A stretch of DNA of 42,387 nt from Perkinsus olseni (Eukaryota), in NCBI GenBank assembly GCA_013115125.1, contig JABANN010000289.1, forward strand, positions 1 to 42,387. The letters run 5' to 3'. A program made the translations under genes and the position numbers. The notes below the pieces were generated by a model. It did not search any database, was not told the DNA's origin, and saw nothing but the letters and a program-made list of their open reading frames with translations. Each line of letters starts with the position of its first letter. Within the stretch, counting starts at the first letter, position 1. Below, one piece after another: positions 1-10,641 of the stretch.

Positions 1-511
1 AGTTCCGAGTTGTCTAGTCTCGAGGGGCCACCAAACCACGGGTTCGATCAGTCCGACGAATTATTACATCAATTGGCTCGAGTCACTACTCGTGAGTCAC
101 CAGCGGCTGATGGTCAGCCCAACCATCCGAATATATCCCGAGTCTGAGGCTTCACCGGGCCCAACTCCAAACAATCTTATCCAGGGCTTGTTGAACTTTC
201 GTTCGTGCCCTGTTGGCCTGCACATCATGTGTCCAATGGTCAGACCAACGGATTACAACTGCAGTTACCCATTCTCGGGCGTCTCGGATTCCAGGGCAGT
301 CCTTTTCAGACAATTTGCATCACAGGAAGTCTCGAAGCTCACCTGCCGAGGACCTGAACAGCTCAGACTGAGCTGCAGCCTGCAGCGATACCAGTGCCAA
401 GAATCTTGGCCCAAGATTCTCTCGCAGATTCGAGGAGGCTTGAGGGGGCTTTCGATTTCGCATGTCGTAGGAAGATGGCGAGGGTCCTTCAAGTGACTCG
501 TTTTTAATGTT

Positions 512-1447
512 ATGCAACTGCCCTCCTCATCGACTACCCTAGCTCTTCTCTTCACTGCCATAACCCTACAAGGCTGCCCACGCGAGGGTCAAGGAGATCA
601 GCAACCGTTGTCGACAGCCTCCAACTGTACATGGGCCGGAAACGATGCTCGCCACATCGATCTGATCAGGAGAGGAAATTCGTTCATGTTGAACTCCTTC
701 GTGTGTGGCAAAGGAGTCAGGTGAGTACACAGGAGATATAGTTTTCGATTGTCTTGTCATCTGTCAACCCTCTCGATCTACGTGTATAATAGTCTACACG
801 TAGATCGAGAGGTACTTCTATTATTAATAGAAGTTCATGTCCTGGCTGGCATCTTTTCATTCGTAAGGTACACAGCCCAACAGCTCGGGCACCACCAAGA
901 CATAGTAAACGCCTTCAATTTCACTCTAAACGAAAATGCCTCTTCTGCCGACTGTAAAGACCTCCTTGCGCAAATGGCGAACAAGTTGACAGACGAGAAG
1001 CTCAAAAGCGGCAAGAACTCATGGTTCGGCCATTCGAAGCCGGTGGATTGGCAGGACGTTTCGCAGACTTTGTGTCTATTAGCTGAGCCTGCCGGGTCGA
1101 ATCACCAGCAAGTTCAGCAACAGAGGACCGAGCCAGGCTCCAACCAACAAGCTTTGACCTCGCGAGTTCCAGCACCCGCCCCTATCCCTCAACCTCCAGG
1201 CGGAATGCAGCAGTCGATGCCCGATGTTCAGCAAATGCAGGCCATCGTTCCACCAGTAGAACCTCAGCACCAGGCCCAGAGTTCCTCAATAGTCCCTGTG
1301 GCCGCAGCGACAGCCCAACAGGGAGCGCCTGCGGCACAGCGGACCGTTACAGCCGGGCAGCCTGCGAATGGCGTGGGGCAGCAGCAACTGCCACAGAGCA
1401 ACGATCAGTCTGCTCTGGCGGTCGTGGGAGGGCAGAGGACAAGATGA
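512..1447 (+). CDS. Two-exon orphan secreted/membrane-targeted protein (~262 aa) with Gln/Pro/Ala-rich C-terminal tail
   Basis: Exon 512-720 (MQLPSSSTTLALLFTAITLQGC..., hydrophobic leader), donor gtgagt at 721, acceptor AAG ending 867. Splicing keeps frame (GVR|YTAQQ) to TGA at 1447. Low-complexity Q/P/A tail. Confidence 0.7.
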
Positions 1448-2202
1448 TGATACGGCATGACCTTGTGATGTATCTGTCATGATCCCTGGTGATGTATGTT
1501 TTATGCATATTTCTGAGTTACTCAGTGAGTCCCCAGTCGTTCGATGAACGATAGGTGATCAATTTGGCTGCTTTCCTAAGGAGACTACTATATTCAAGTT
1601 GATTACAGTAGTGAGGCAGCACTAGCAGTGGTGGTACCTGGAATATGTCAATCTGTTAGATTAGATAACTCAACAAGAGTCGTTTACAGTGGTTCTTGAG
1701 TTATAACTACAGTAATAACAGTAATACGTAAGCTAGGCTAGCAAGGGAGACAGTCACAAGGGGTGAGACACTCAATTGTGTACAACTTCTCCTCGCAGAA
1801 TCGACCCTCACTGATTCACGAATAAGGGGCGGGACTTGACTGGGCTGCCTAGTCTTTGGAAAGCGTGAAGCTCCCGCGACCTCTGTTCGCGGCTCGATCG
1901 TCGCATCACGCAGCGTGAGTAACCGTGAATCATTCATGCTACTTACTGAGAACGTGGCGTATGACGACGATCGAGAGCGATCAGTCGCTATCGTCGTGAA
2001 TAGCGTGACAGGGCCAGGCCTCGGAGACCTCGAAGGCCTTAATCGTCTTTGACGCCGATTGATCGTGCAATCGTCCGAATGTATGATCGCTGACGTCGCC
2101 ATCAGCCTGTCATCACCCAGCTCGCCCCTATTTATTGCATTTGCCGAACACCTCAAGTCAACCCTGCCTTCCACTAGGTTAACAGTTGATAGAGAACAGA
2201 AT

Positions 2203-3705
2203 ATGCCTAGAGCGCCACGTTTGCAGCAAGGACTGGTCGGAAAGGTCAGCACCCGGGCGCGTGAAACTTCGCAGCGTTCGCACCCACGACTGAGGATCAG
2301 AGAATAACTCCCCCCATAGAGGGCTCCTTCCGAAGGACTGCCTCGGTATCTCGGATGAACAGAGTGGCCCTGCACGACGGGGTAATCGCTCTAACGGATA
2401 TTTTTTAGGAGTTGGACGACCACTCTACAGAATCGGACGAGACGCCTTTTGATGAGAAGGAAGTGGACCTTATGAGATCCCACTTTCACAGATTCGTACG
2501 TTCGATTCGTCTTCCGCGGGTCTCGAACCATCTATTCGCCCACCTGATGAAGCCTTCGATGAGGTAAGGCTCTCAGAGTCGTTGTTAAGGCGTCGAACTT
2601 CTTAGGATAAACAGCAAGGCATATGTACGACGAAAGATCTGCCCGCACTATTGCGCTGTTGTGGATTCGCGCCTTCCAAGAGGAAGCTATCGTTATACAA
2701 GGCGAGTTCTGAGGAGGCCGTTCCTCGAGCTGTGACGGGCTCCTACTTCATCTGTCTCCCGTTAAATTTGTCTGGCACGCTCTTCAATATGCGCGACCCC
2801 TCAGCAATCGCCGCTGAGTCTTCTCTTCGACTAAGCACCTTCTGACGCTTTCAAGTCTCAGGTGGCGGCTAGATTGACAATGAAATCTATTTGAATGTTC
2901 AAACTCAATCATCGACGACATACTCTTTCCATTTCCGCATTGAACTATGCCGCGTAGAACTTCGGCAATCTCAAGCGTTTCAGGAGGAAATCGATGACGC
3001 TGGAGGGCTTATGTCATTCGGTACCTTCCTCGACTATTGCTACCGATGCCGCGACTTTACGGCAGAGGTTACTCCGGAGGACTTGCTCGGGTTCTGCAGA
3101 TCACTGGAGAGAGAAGACGAAGAGGACGGGACACTGCCGGTTAAAGTTTTGAGGTCAGTGCCGCTTAATGCCACATTCTCATTGGCACAGCAAATAAGCC
3201 CTACGTATTGGTGGCAATAAGCTCCACTGATTGATACGGGCCGTATCGTACGGGTCAGGCTGTATCAATCAGTGGTGAGTATTCACGTCGAAATCCTGCA
3301 ATCGAAATGAAATAATACTCACAATTAAGTTCGAGTCTTCGAAGTTTGAGAAATACTGAAAATACTGTATTTAATACAGTGTTTTAACAGTGCGACGATA
3401 TTATCTGTACGATAACCGTTAGGGGCCCTAACTTAGGGCCCATTGACGAGACCTCACGGTCGGGTCGGACCCAACTATGACGTGGACCCGATGGGTCCAC
3501 TGTACAAGATGGACGTCGATTTCCGAGTAACTCGGGAATCTGGGCTTTTCCTCCGTCATCTGACTGATGCGACCTCCCTGTCATCAGGAACCTCCTGTTG
3601 AACGTCGGGGAACCGTTCAGCTCAGAGGAGATGGACAGCTTTCTTCGTGACTTCGCCGATAGCGAGGAAGAATCGGTGGACTACGAACATTTTTTGCAAA
3701 CGTAA
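2203..3705 (+). CDS. Calmodulin-like / myosin light chain-like EF-hand protein, multi-exon
   Basis: Spliced model gives ...MRSHFHRF|DKQQGICTTKDLPALLRCCGFAPS...YK|EEIDDAGGLMSFGTFLDY...GTLPVKVLR|NLLLNVGEPFSSEEMDSFLRDFADSEEESVDYEHFLQT*, the four-lobe CaM/MLC pattern with degenerate EF hands. Introns 2496-2605, 2702-2983 (GC-AG), ~3154-3587. First exon (ATG 2203) uncertain. Confidence 0.75.
3224..3275. repeat. Intronic inverted repeat (14-bp perfect arms, 24-nt loop)
   Basis: ccactgattgatac (3224-3237) and gtatcaatcagtgg (3262-3275) are exact reverse complements. Confidence 0.9.
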
Positions 3706-4544
3706 GAGATAGGAACGCTCTACGATATTAGCGGTGAATCATTTGCCTCACCATCCTGCCCATCGAGACTCGATGATCTACTCAATCACTGGACTCCGCT
3801 CCACTCGACTCGAGTTACTCGATCAGATCGAGTAACTCGCTTGGACATGGGCGACGACGCGTCCCCTGTTCTCTTTCAGAGTGAGCGCTGCCGAGGCGAT
3901 TCCCGTCAGTCAAGATTCTGATCGTGAATAAACTTCTCTCATGCGAGCCGTTCTGAATGCCCACTGAGACTTGCCCGGTGGCAGCCTACCACTGGCAGGA
4001 GCTCATGTTCATGATTCAGCCTGTTGTGTGAGTAGCTAACTTGCTCTCGTGTACTCTCGATCACCCGACTGATCAGCCTACCTCTTCGGGAGCCATGAGA
4101 GCTCTCCTGGGCGATTCATAGATTGAACGCCAGAGATCAGCCGTCCTGAATCAGGATTCCTGATGGCTTGCAAACATGGGTAGCCAATTCACCCGCTGAG
4201 TTCTCGGCCGGAGGGGTTATCGAAATTTGCTGTAAATTTCAGCCGGAGAGTATACTCTTGCACAGTGGTTTCCGTAATGTATCATTGTCTTCTGCGTAAA
4301 CCGAACTAGCCGGGATGCTGGCGGTTGAGCCACGCGTGAATATCCGGACCTCTGGCGGAGCTGCTCCGCTAGTTGCCAACTAAGCGACTTCGCCCCACTG
4401 TCACTTTCAACACATTTGCTGGGTAGAACAGGACACACGATCATCATAAACATCTTCGTTGTATCGGCCAATCAACCATCAGCATGGTATCAATCAAGGG
4501 TGCTCGGTAAAATATTGGTATAGGCCGATCTTCGACCTCAACCG

Positions 4545-5419
4545 CTACTCGGCATCACCCAACTCGTCATCCTCGGAGGGCTCTTCCTGATCCTGGGCAG
4601 TGCTTACAGCATTTTCGACAATTTCGTGATATGCGTCGCACAATGAACTGAACGAGCCAAAGCGCTTTTTGACTGCCTCGATGACAGCCCAGCAGACCCT
4701 GCTTAATCTGAACATCACTGCTCTCTCGTCATCCGTCATAATCTCCAAATCGCTGTCGAAGAGAGTCGTGTGCTCCACTGACCAAGCTACTCGACTGGCT
4801 GCCAGTCGCGCTCCCTCCCAATCCTCTTCGAAGATCGATTGATCGAGGTTCACGAGGGGGTCCAGTCCCGACTGGTCGGGAGGGGAACCCTCGAAAAAGT
4901 ATGATGATCTGTTGTTAGGATAATCGCCCACGTACAGGACGCTTTGCCTCGAGTAACTACAGTGAAGAGGGAAACGCCGTAATGCTTCTTCCCAGCTTCC
5001 TCACCTGATCGAGAACGCAGTGCGTGTGCCCTTCTTGGGACAAATAATTGCCATTGTCCGGGGTTCTATGCTCCAAACGTTGATCTCTAATGCGGCCGTG
5101 TAGTTGTTCCTGTAATTGTGATTTCGGTAGTAGCAGCGAGCAAGCCCGAACTCGACGTCGAAGTATGAAGGTTGATCTGGTGGGTAGTCCTGAGATACGA
5201 CCAAGCCTGTCAATGGAATGTCGCCTGATCAACAGGACTAGCCAACAGCAGGCCAGAATGAGAACCAGAATGAGAAATCCTGATCCCGGTTACCAGCTAG
5301 TTGACACCCACCAATAGGTTCGACCTTACGTCCTGTATTATGTCCGGGACCATGGCCCCGGCTCCGGAAGCGAGGGGAAGCATCGCAGAAAGTGATGCTC
5401 CGATGAGTGCTTGGATCAT
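4545..5419 (-). CDS. Four-exon orphan putatively secreted protein with acidic C-terminus
   Basis: Exons 5419-5330 (MIQALIGASLSAMLPLASGA..., signal-like), 5296-5225, 5189-5005 and 4956-4545 join in frame through introns of 33 nt (GT-AG), 35 nt (GC-AG) and 48 nt (GT-AG). Ends ...QEEPSEDDELGDAE*. Confidence 0.65.
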
Positions 5420-6210
5420 CGTTCTATTATCCCTGCAAGGGCAAGCGGAATACCGTATCGTGCGCGCCCGGAAACGGGGAATCCCCGTCGGGGATATGCC
5501 GCTCAATCGGGCGAGCTGATCCGTGCCATGATGGCACTGCCATCACTTTGGAGGAAGAGAGTGGCGGCGGCCCATGATGGTTGCAGTGAAAATAACTCGT
5601 TGACAGCAAAGTCGCTATGGACTCTGTCGGAAACGCCGACCTAACTTAGGTCGCTGACTCTGTTCACCGAAGCACGCGAAGAGTGGCACGGGTTTTTCCA
5701 AAAAACTTTTTTGGAGTGCGCTCTATGGCATCGAAGCCGAAGTTACGGCTCAGCCGTAGCTTACAGCATGGGATATGCTTGTGGTAAATGAAAGGTCACG
5801 CGGTAGGGGAATCGTCTGAGATAATCTACGGACCTCCGATCTGCTGACGGCATCCGGTCAGGCTCCCCACCCGCAGGTGGTTGTTCTACCCGGTTCTTCC
5901 AACGACTAGTGAATCTCGTGCTTGTTTCTGTCCGCTGGTATATTCTGGCACTCAGTGCCAGGCACCGCCATAATATGTACAGGATGAGTTGTACGGGTTT
6001 CACTATGAGCCCCTCAAGCAGCGCCGAGGGTTGAAGAATCACTTGCATGATAGCGTGACGCAATTAGCGTCGACGCTGTCGACAGGGCATTGGAAGGTGT
6101 TGCACACCATGGCCTCGTGCCTGAACTCTCCTACTCTGCCCTGGGCAGATTAGCCTGCCGCAGGCTGCGAATATTCATTCTGTACACCAATGAAACAAAG
6201 TCACTTTTTT

Positions 6211-6484
6211 TTGAAGTAAGCGTCGTCCCAGAACTTTTTGATGCGCACTGCTGCCGACTCACCAGCGTAGCTCATTTTGCACTCTTAATTGTACAAGTCA
6301 TCGGTCTCCATGGTGATTTCCTCGGCAATTGGCCCCGTTTGAAGGCCAAGTTTGCAAGGGAAGGGAAGTTTGCTTCACTGGTGATATGATATCACTGATA
6401 TCTCTCAACACGCGCGAATACCTGACTCCTAGGAGCGGTCCGTAGAGCCACCACCGAGCTCAGGAGAGAGATTGATGCCAGGCG
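6211..6484 (-). pseudogene. Truncated copy of the 5' part of the 9944-10641 gene
   Basis: Clear nucleotide similarity to 10376-10624 (e.g. ttgaagtaagcgt.gtcccagaactt.ttgatgcgcac; accgagctcaggagaga). Lacks the ATG segment and has tca>tga relative to the paralog. Confidence 0.75.
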
Positions 6485-7147
6485 GCAGTCTCTCTCCTGA
6501 GCTCGGTATTAGCTCTTATTTGAGCTCGGTGCAGCGGCTCTTCTAAGTACTTGAACGCAATCGCTCTGCATCTACATCTACCGTAGATGATCTACGTGAT
6601 GTCGGTAGGTAGTCGACTACAGGTGAGAACAAGAAATCTCCGGAGTGCACGCGGACAGAGAGCCCACAGGCGTCGTCTACACGGTGTAGGCTACACCCTT
6701 GCAGCTGCCTGGGAGGTTGCGACCAATTTCTACAAGGTGACGTGACGGGCGTTGATCTTCGTATACTCACGGGCGCACGGTAGGGCGACCTGTGCATTAA
6801 TTGGTTAAAAAAATCAGAAATGCTCGGCTTGCCCTGCTGAACAAAATGGTGTATCATACACCGTGTATGCCCATTCTCTAACTCTCAGTAGTTAATGATT
6901 TCGTCTCGACTGAAAATCTACTTGCAGAACACACAGTGGACACAAGAATCATGCACGTGTTGGGTACGTCGATGCGAGGATATGACCGTTGCTACTATTG
7001 TTTGCGTATCCTTATTATTGCATTATCGCTCGCCAAGATACTCGCATGTATATTTGAAACCGCCGGCCCCGCAGGCCGAGACGGTCGTTCTAATTAAGCT
7101 CCATTCCTCCAGTCAGGGGAGGGTGCGTTGTCAACTGCGGATCTAAC

Positions 7148-7175
7148 AACGCAAACGCAAACGCAAACGCAAACG
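7148..7175 (+). repeat. (AACGCA)n microsatellite, ~4.7 units
   Basis: aacgcaaacgcaaacgcaaacgcaaacg read directly. Confidence 0.95.
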
Positions 7176-8239
7176 ATCCTCTGTGCACAACGTCCATCAC
7201 TAAGCAACATATTGAGACTGCCTGGACAAATTATCTTTCGGGAGGTATTAGCTTGATTTTGCCATGGCACCCCGTGTTACCTGCAAGGAGAGATACTGCT
7301 CGATTAAAAATTTTAATCAATTAGTGCACAGGTGACCTGTGACAGGTCGCCCTACCGTGCGGGGGGTCACTGCGGACGTACTGGATGCGGAGGACTTGGA
7401 GCAGTACTCGAAGAATCTCAGTGGAGAGCTGAAACGTGTCATTTTCGGAGAAATGGCTGCTTCATCGCGACATATTCACATGGTTGAGGTTCCATTGGGC
7501 TCAGACAGGCGCTCCACAGAATGGCGCGAAAGAGTTCGCAACTGTCCGTTCATTTTGAAGTCGAAATCCCGTCACGGTGGCACCGTGGCATCCAAGTCAT
7601 CGTTGTTAATGGACGACCCGGTAGGTGGATCATCTAAGATGATCTACGGTCCGTAGACTACGGATCTCCAACGCAGGAGGTTTGGTAACCTGTTGGAAGA
7701 ACCTTGTAGAACAATCGTCGTGATCGCTCTACGGTGTTGAATCTGCGCGGTTCTGCCGGCGAGTAGGGGGTCTGCCAGCCTGAAAGGGTACTCTCTACTA
7801 GAGAGTGCCCTACTAGACAGTCTCGGCAGGAGACCCTCTAGTGCTTGTCACTAGCCTGGCACTGCCAGAATGACGGTATGAGCTTTGAGCGTCGCACTTC
7901 TCATCCTTGCTCTCACATACCGGGATTTATGAATCGTAATTTCGCGGAGTTTAGCTGTCGAGTCGACTGTGGGCAAAATTGCCTTCAACCCTCGGCGCGG
8001 TCGATCAGACGGGACACTGTTTTTGGACGCCGTTTCATACCGTGGCCTGGTTCCCGAAGTTCGGGACCCGACCTCGCGGACAATTGGTGGTTCGCGAGTC
8101 GGGGACGTGGGAGGATTAAACCTGAGTGCTCATCGAACGCGTTGATAATGCGCTTTTTCCAGTTTCAACTTATTTCGACTAACGCAACAGTACACGCGAT
8201 CAACATCCACATCACTATTCATGTCACCACAACATAACA

Positions 8240-8935
8240 TTATCGCAACAGTTTCAACTTCTTCTCCGGAGTGGTCCACCCGGGTAAGGTGCGAATGACA
8301 TTCTCCGCGAGCCATCTTCTGTCGATGAAGTACTGATGAAGCCAAACCGTGCCGGGCTTGTACTCAGGCCATTCACTCGGGGGATGCTGTTCAATATACA
8401 CGGCGGCCTTGGTACAATCGCCATCATCCATGATCTCAACGATCGAGGGCATCATCTCGTAGAAGGGATTAATCATGGAAAAGTACAGTCCAGCCTTGTC
8501 CGCCGTATCAGTTCTGTCGACATAAGCACCTTTAGGACCAGGCCCAGCGCGGAACCTCCAGCTCTTATCGCCGTGAAGACTGAAGAGGCAATCAGTGATC
8601 ACACACGAATAGATGATTATTATAATTACAAATATGTGGTGCTGAATCTAGATCCATCAGGTGAGGTTGCCAACGCTTCAATGGAATGATAATGATGGCT
8701 CTCTTCAGAACCATTACCCCCAAACCTATGAAGATTCACAGTCAACTTTTCCTGTTCATAATGGATGATACAATCTTTGTTGATCGAGCCACCTAGCTCG
8801 AAGATGTTGTTGGCTAGAGGCTTGGCCTGAGAAGGGATACTGGAGCACACACTGCCATCACAGAGCACTCAGCCAGCGTAATTCCCCCGAAGCTAATTGC
8901 CGCAATCGTCGCTACACAAACTACGGTAAAGTGAT
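8240..8935 (-). CDS. Lineage-specific secreted-protein family member (paralog of 9944-10641), possibly a pseudogene
   Basis: Last exon FSLHGDKSWRFRAGP...FSMINPFYEMMPSIVEIMDDGDCTKAAVYIEQHPP...PGTVWLHQYF aligns by eye with the 9944-10264 ORF. Hydrophobic leader (FTVVCVATIAAISFGGITLA) upstream, but no clear ATG. Confidence 0.6.
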
Positions 8936-9943
8936 AATTAGCTGCACAGCGCTGGGTTGAGGAAGTCTCTGTCACTTGTGCTGATTAAGATAAAGTAGTT
9001 TGATCCTCGCTCGTACCTTGTCTTGAGAGACGGTGCGTAGGGCCACTACTGAGCTCCCAAACGACATCAAGGAGAGGATGGAGGCGAACATTGTACTGTA
9101 ACTTGGTACCAGGGTGGCTGAAATATTTCAAAGTGAAATATCTCAAGAAAGTTTCAGTGAAATAAGTAATCGAATATTTCACCGGAAAAAAATTTCAGTG
9201 AAATTTTCACCTTTTACGAAATTTCAGCGATTTGGGCTAATTTCGGCCGTTTTTGGCACTGTAGTAGAAGTTAGGGGAGTGCTGATCAACAGGAGTCTTC
9301 GATAATAGTGCAGATTCAATAACTGCACGCGGTTCGGCGTTGCCCCCGTCACTCCGTAGCTCATGGGATGTAGTCGCCCTCGCCGCAGTGTCGAGCTTCG
9401 CTTGGAATCAGTAGCGGGGGGAATACCTCGGGTTATGGCATTGCCCAAAAAGCTGGACACAGTCGACGCGCTCGAAAAAACGCAAGATAACAAGAGATTA
9501 CCGCCTTATTGCAATGGCACGCACTCCTCACTTTGGTCATTGTTCAGCGCTCGGAGCCCGCATGTCTACATGCCAGAGGGCCTCTATATTCAGCATGCGA
9601 GGGGCATCGATTCGGCTATGCCTTTTCGGAAACCTGTCCTTCACGACTCGTGAATCACGAGGGGATCATTCAATTGCTAGTGCTGATTTAACTGGGTGTA
9701 CTCGAGCTTCTGGCCAAGAGTCTCTTAGGCCTCGGGTCTCGGGGCTTGGGGCGCCAGTCGCCTGCAGGCCACTTACAGAAAGAGGCCCACGGAGCCTGTG
9801 GCAAAGGCTGGTGAACTCGCTCAGTTCGCAGTGTTAGGGATTAGTTATATGAAGCACGACAGTAACCTCTGCAAACAATAACATCACAACATGTCATGAC
9901 AGTCGCTCATGCGGCATGAGTCATGCCTCGGTGGGGCACTCTT

Positions 9944-10641
9944 TCATTTCTTGACCTCTACTCTATCTCGGGGAAATTTCCCCATAAGCCATTTTATCTC
10001 GTTGAAAAAATGGCGTAGCCAGACGGTCCCGGGCTCGGAACCACGTGGAGGGTGCTGGTCAATAGTATAAACAGCAGCTCGCTTGCAATCGAAACCGTCA
10101 TCGACAATCTTCATGATTTGAGGCAACAATTCGAGGAAAGGATTGACCAGAGAGAATCGTTGGCAGAATTTTCTCTCGTCTTCTCTTCGGTCCAGATAAT
10201 ATCCATCGGCGCTAGGCCCAATGCGAAACCTCCAAGATTTGTCGCCGTAAAGGCTGAAATGCACGGAAGATCATTCCTAATCGAAGAGACCGATTCTCCT
10301 CATTAGTATTCGGCACATAGCTTCTCTCCATCGTCCAGAGTCACGTTCGTTCCGATATGATGATAATGGCTTTTCTTGAAGTAAGCGTGGTCCCAGAACT
10401 TCTTGATGCGCACCACCGCCGACTCACCAGCGTAGCTGATTTTGCACTCTTTATATTGTACAAGTCATCGGTCTCCATGGTGACTTCCTCGGCAATTGGC
10501 CTCATCGGAAGGGGAGGGAGGATTGCTTGACTGGCGGCATCTCCCAACACTCGCGAATACCTGCCTTCTAAGAGCGGTCCGTAGGGCCACCACCGAGCTC
10601 AGGAGAGAAATCGATGCAAGGCAGTAAGCCAATGGAGCCAT
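9944..10641 (-). pseudogene. Lineage-specific secreted-protein family member, apparently frameshifted
   Basis: Signal-like start MAPLAYCLASISLLSSVVA at 10641. Last exon FSLYGDKSWRFRIGP...FSLVNPFLELLPQIMKIVDDGFDCKRAAVY..QHPP..PGTVWLRHFF. I could not join the middle exon in frame with canonical splice sites. Confidence 0.6.

Noticed and set aside
1707-2375. 222-aa minus-strand ORF
   Set aside because: No initiating ATG evident and Arg/Ser-rich non-domain composition. It overlaps the start of the better-supported plus-strand EF-hand gene.
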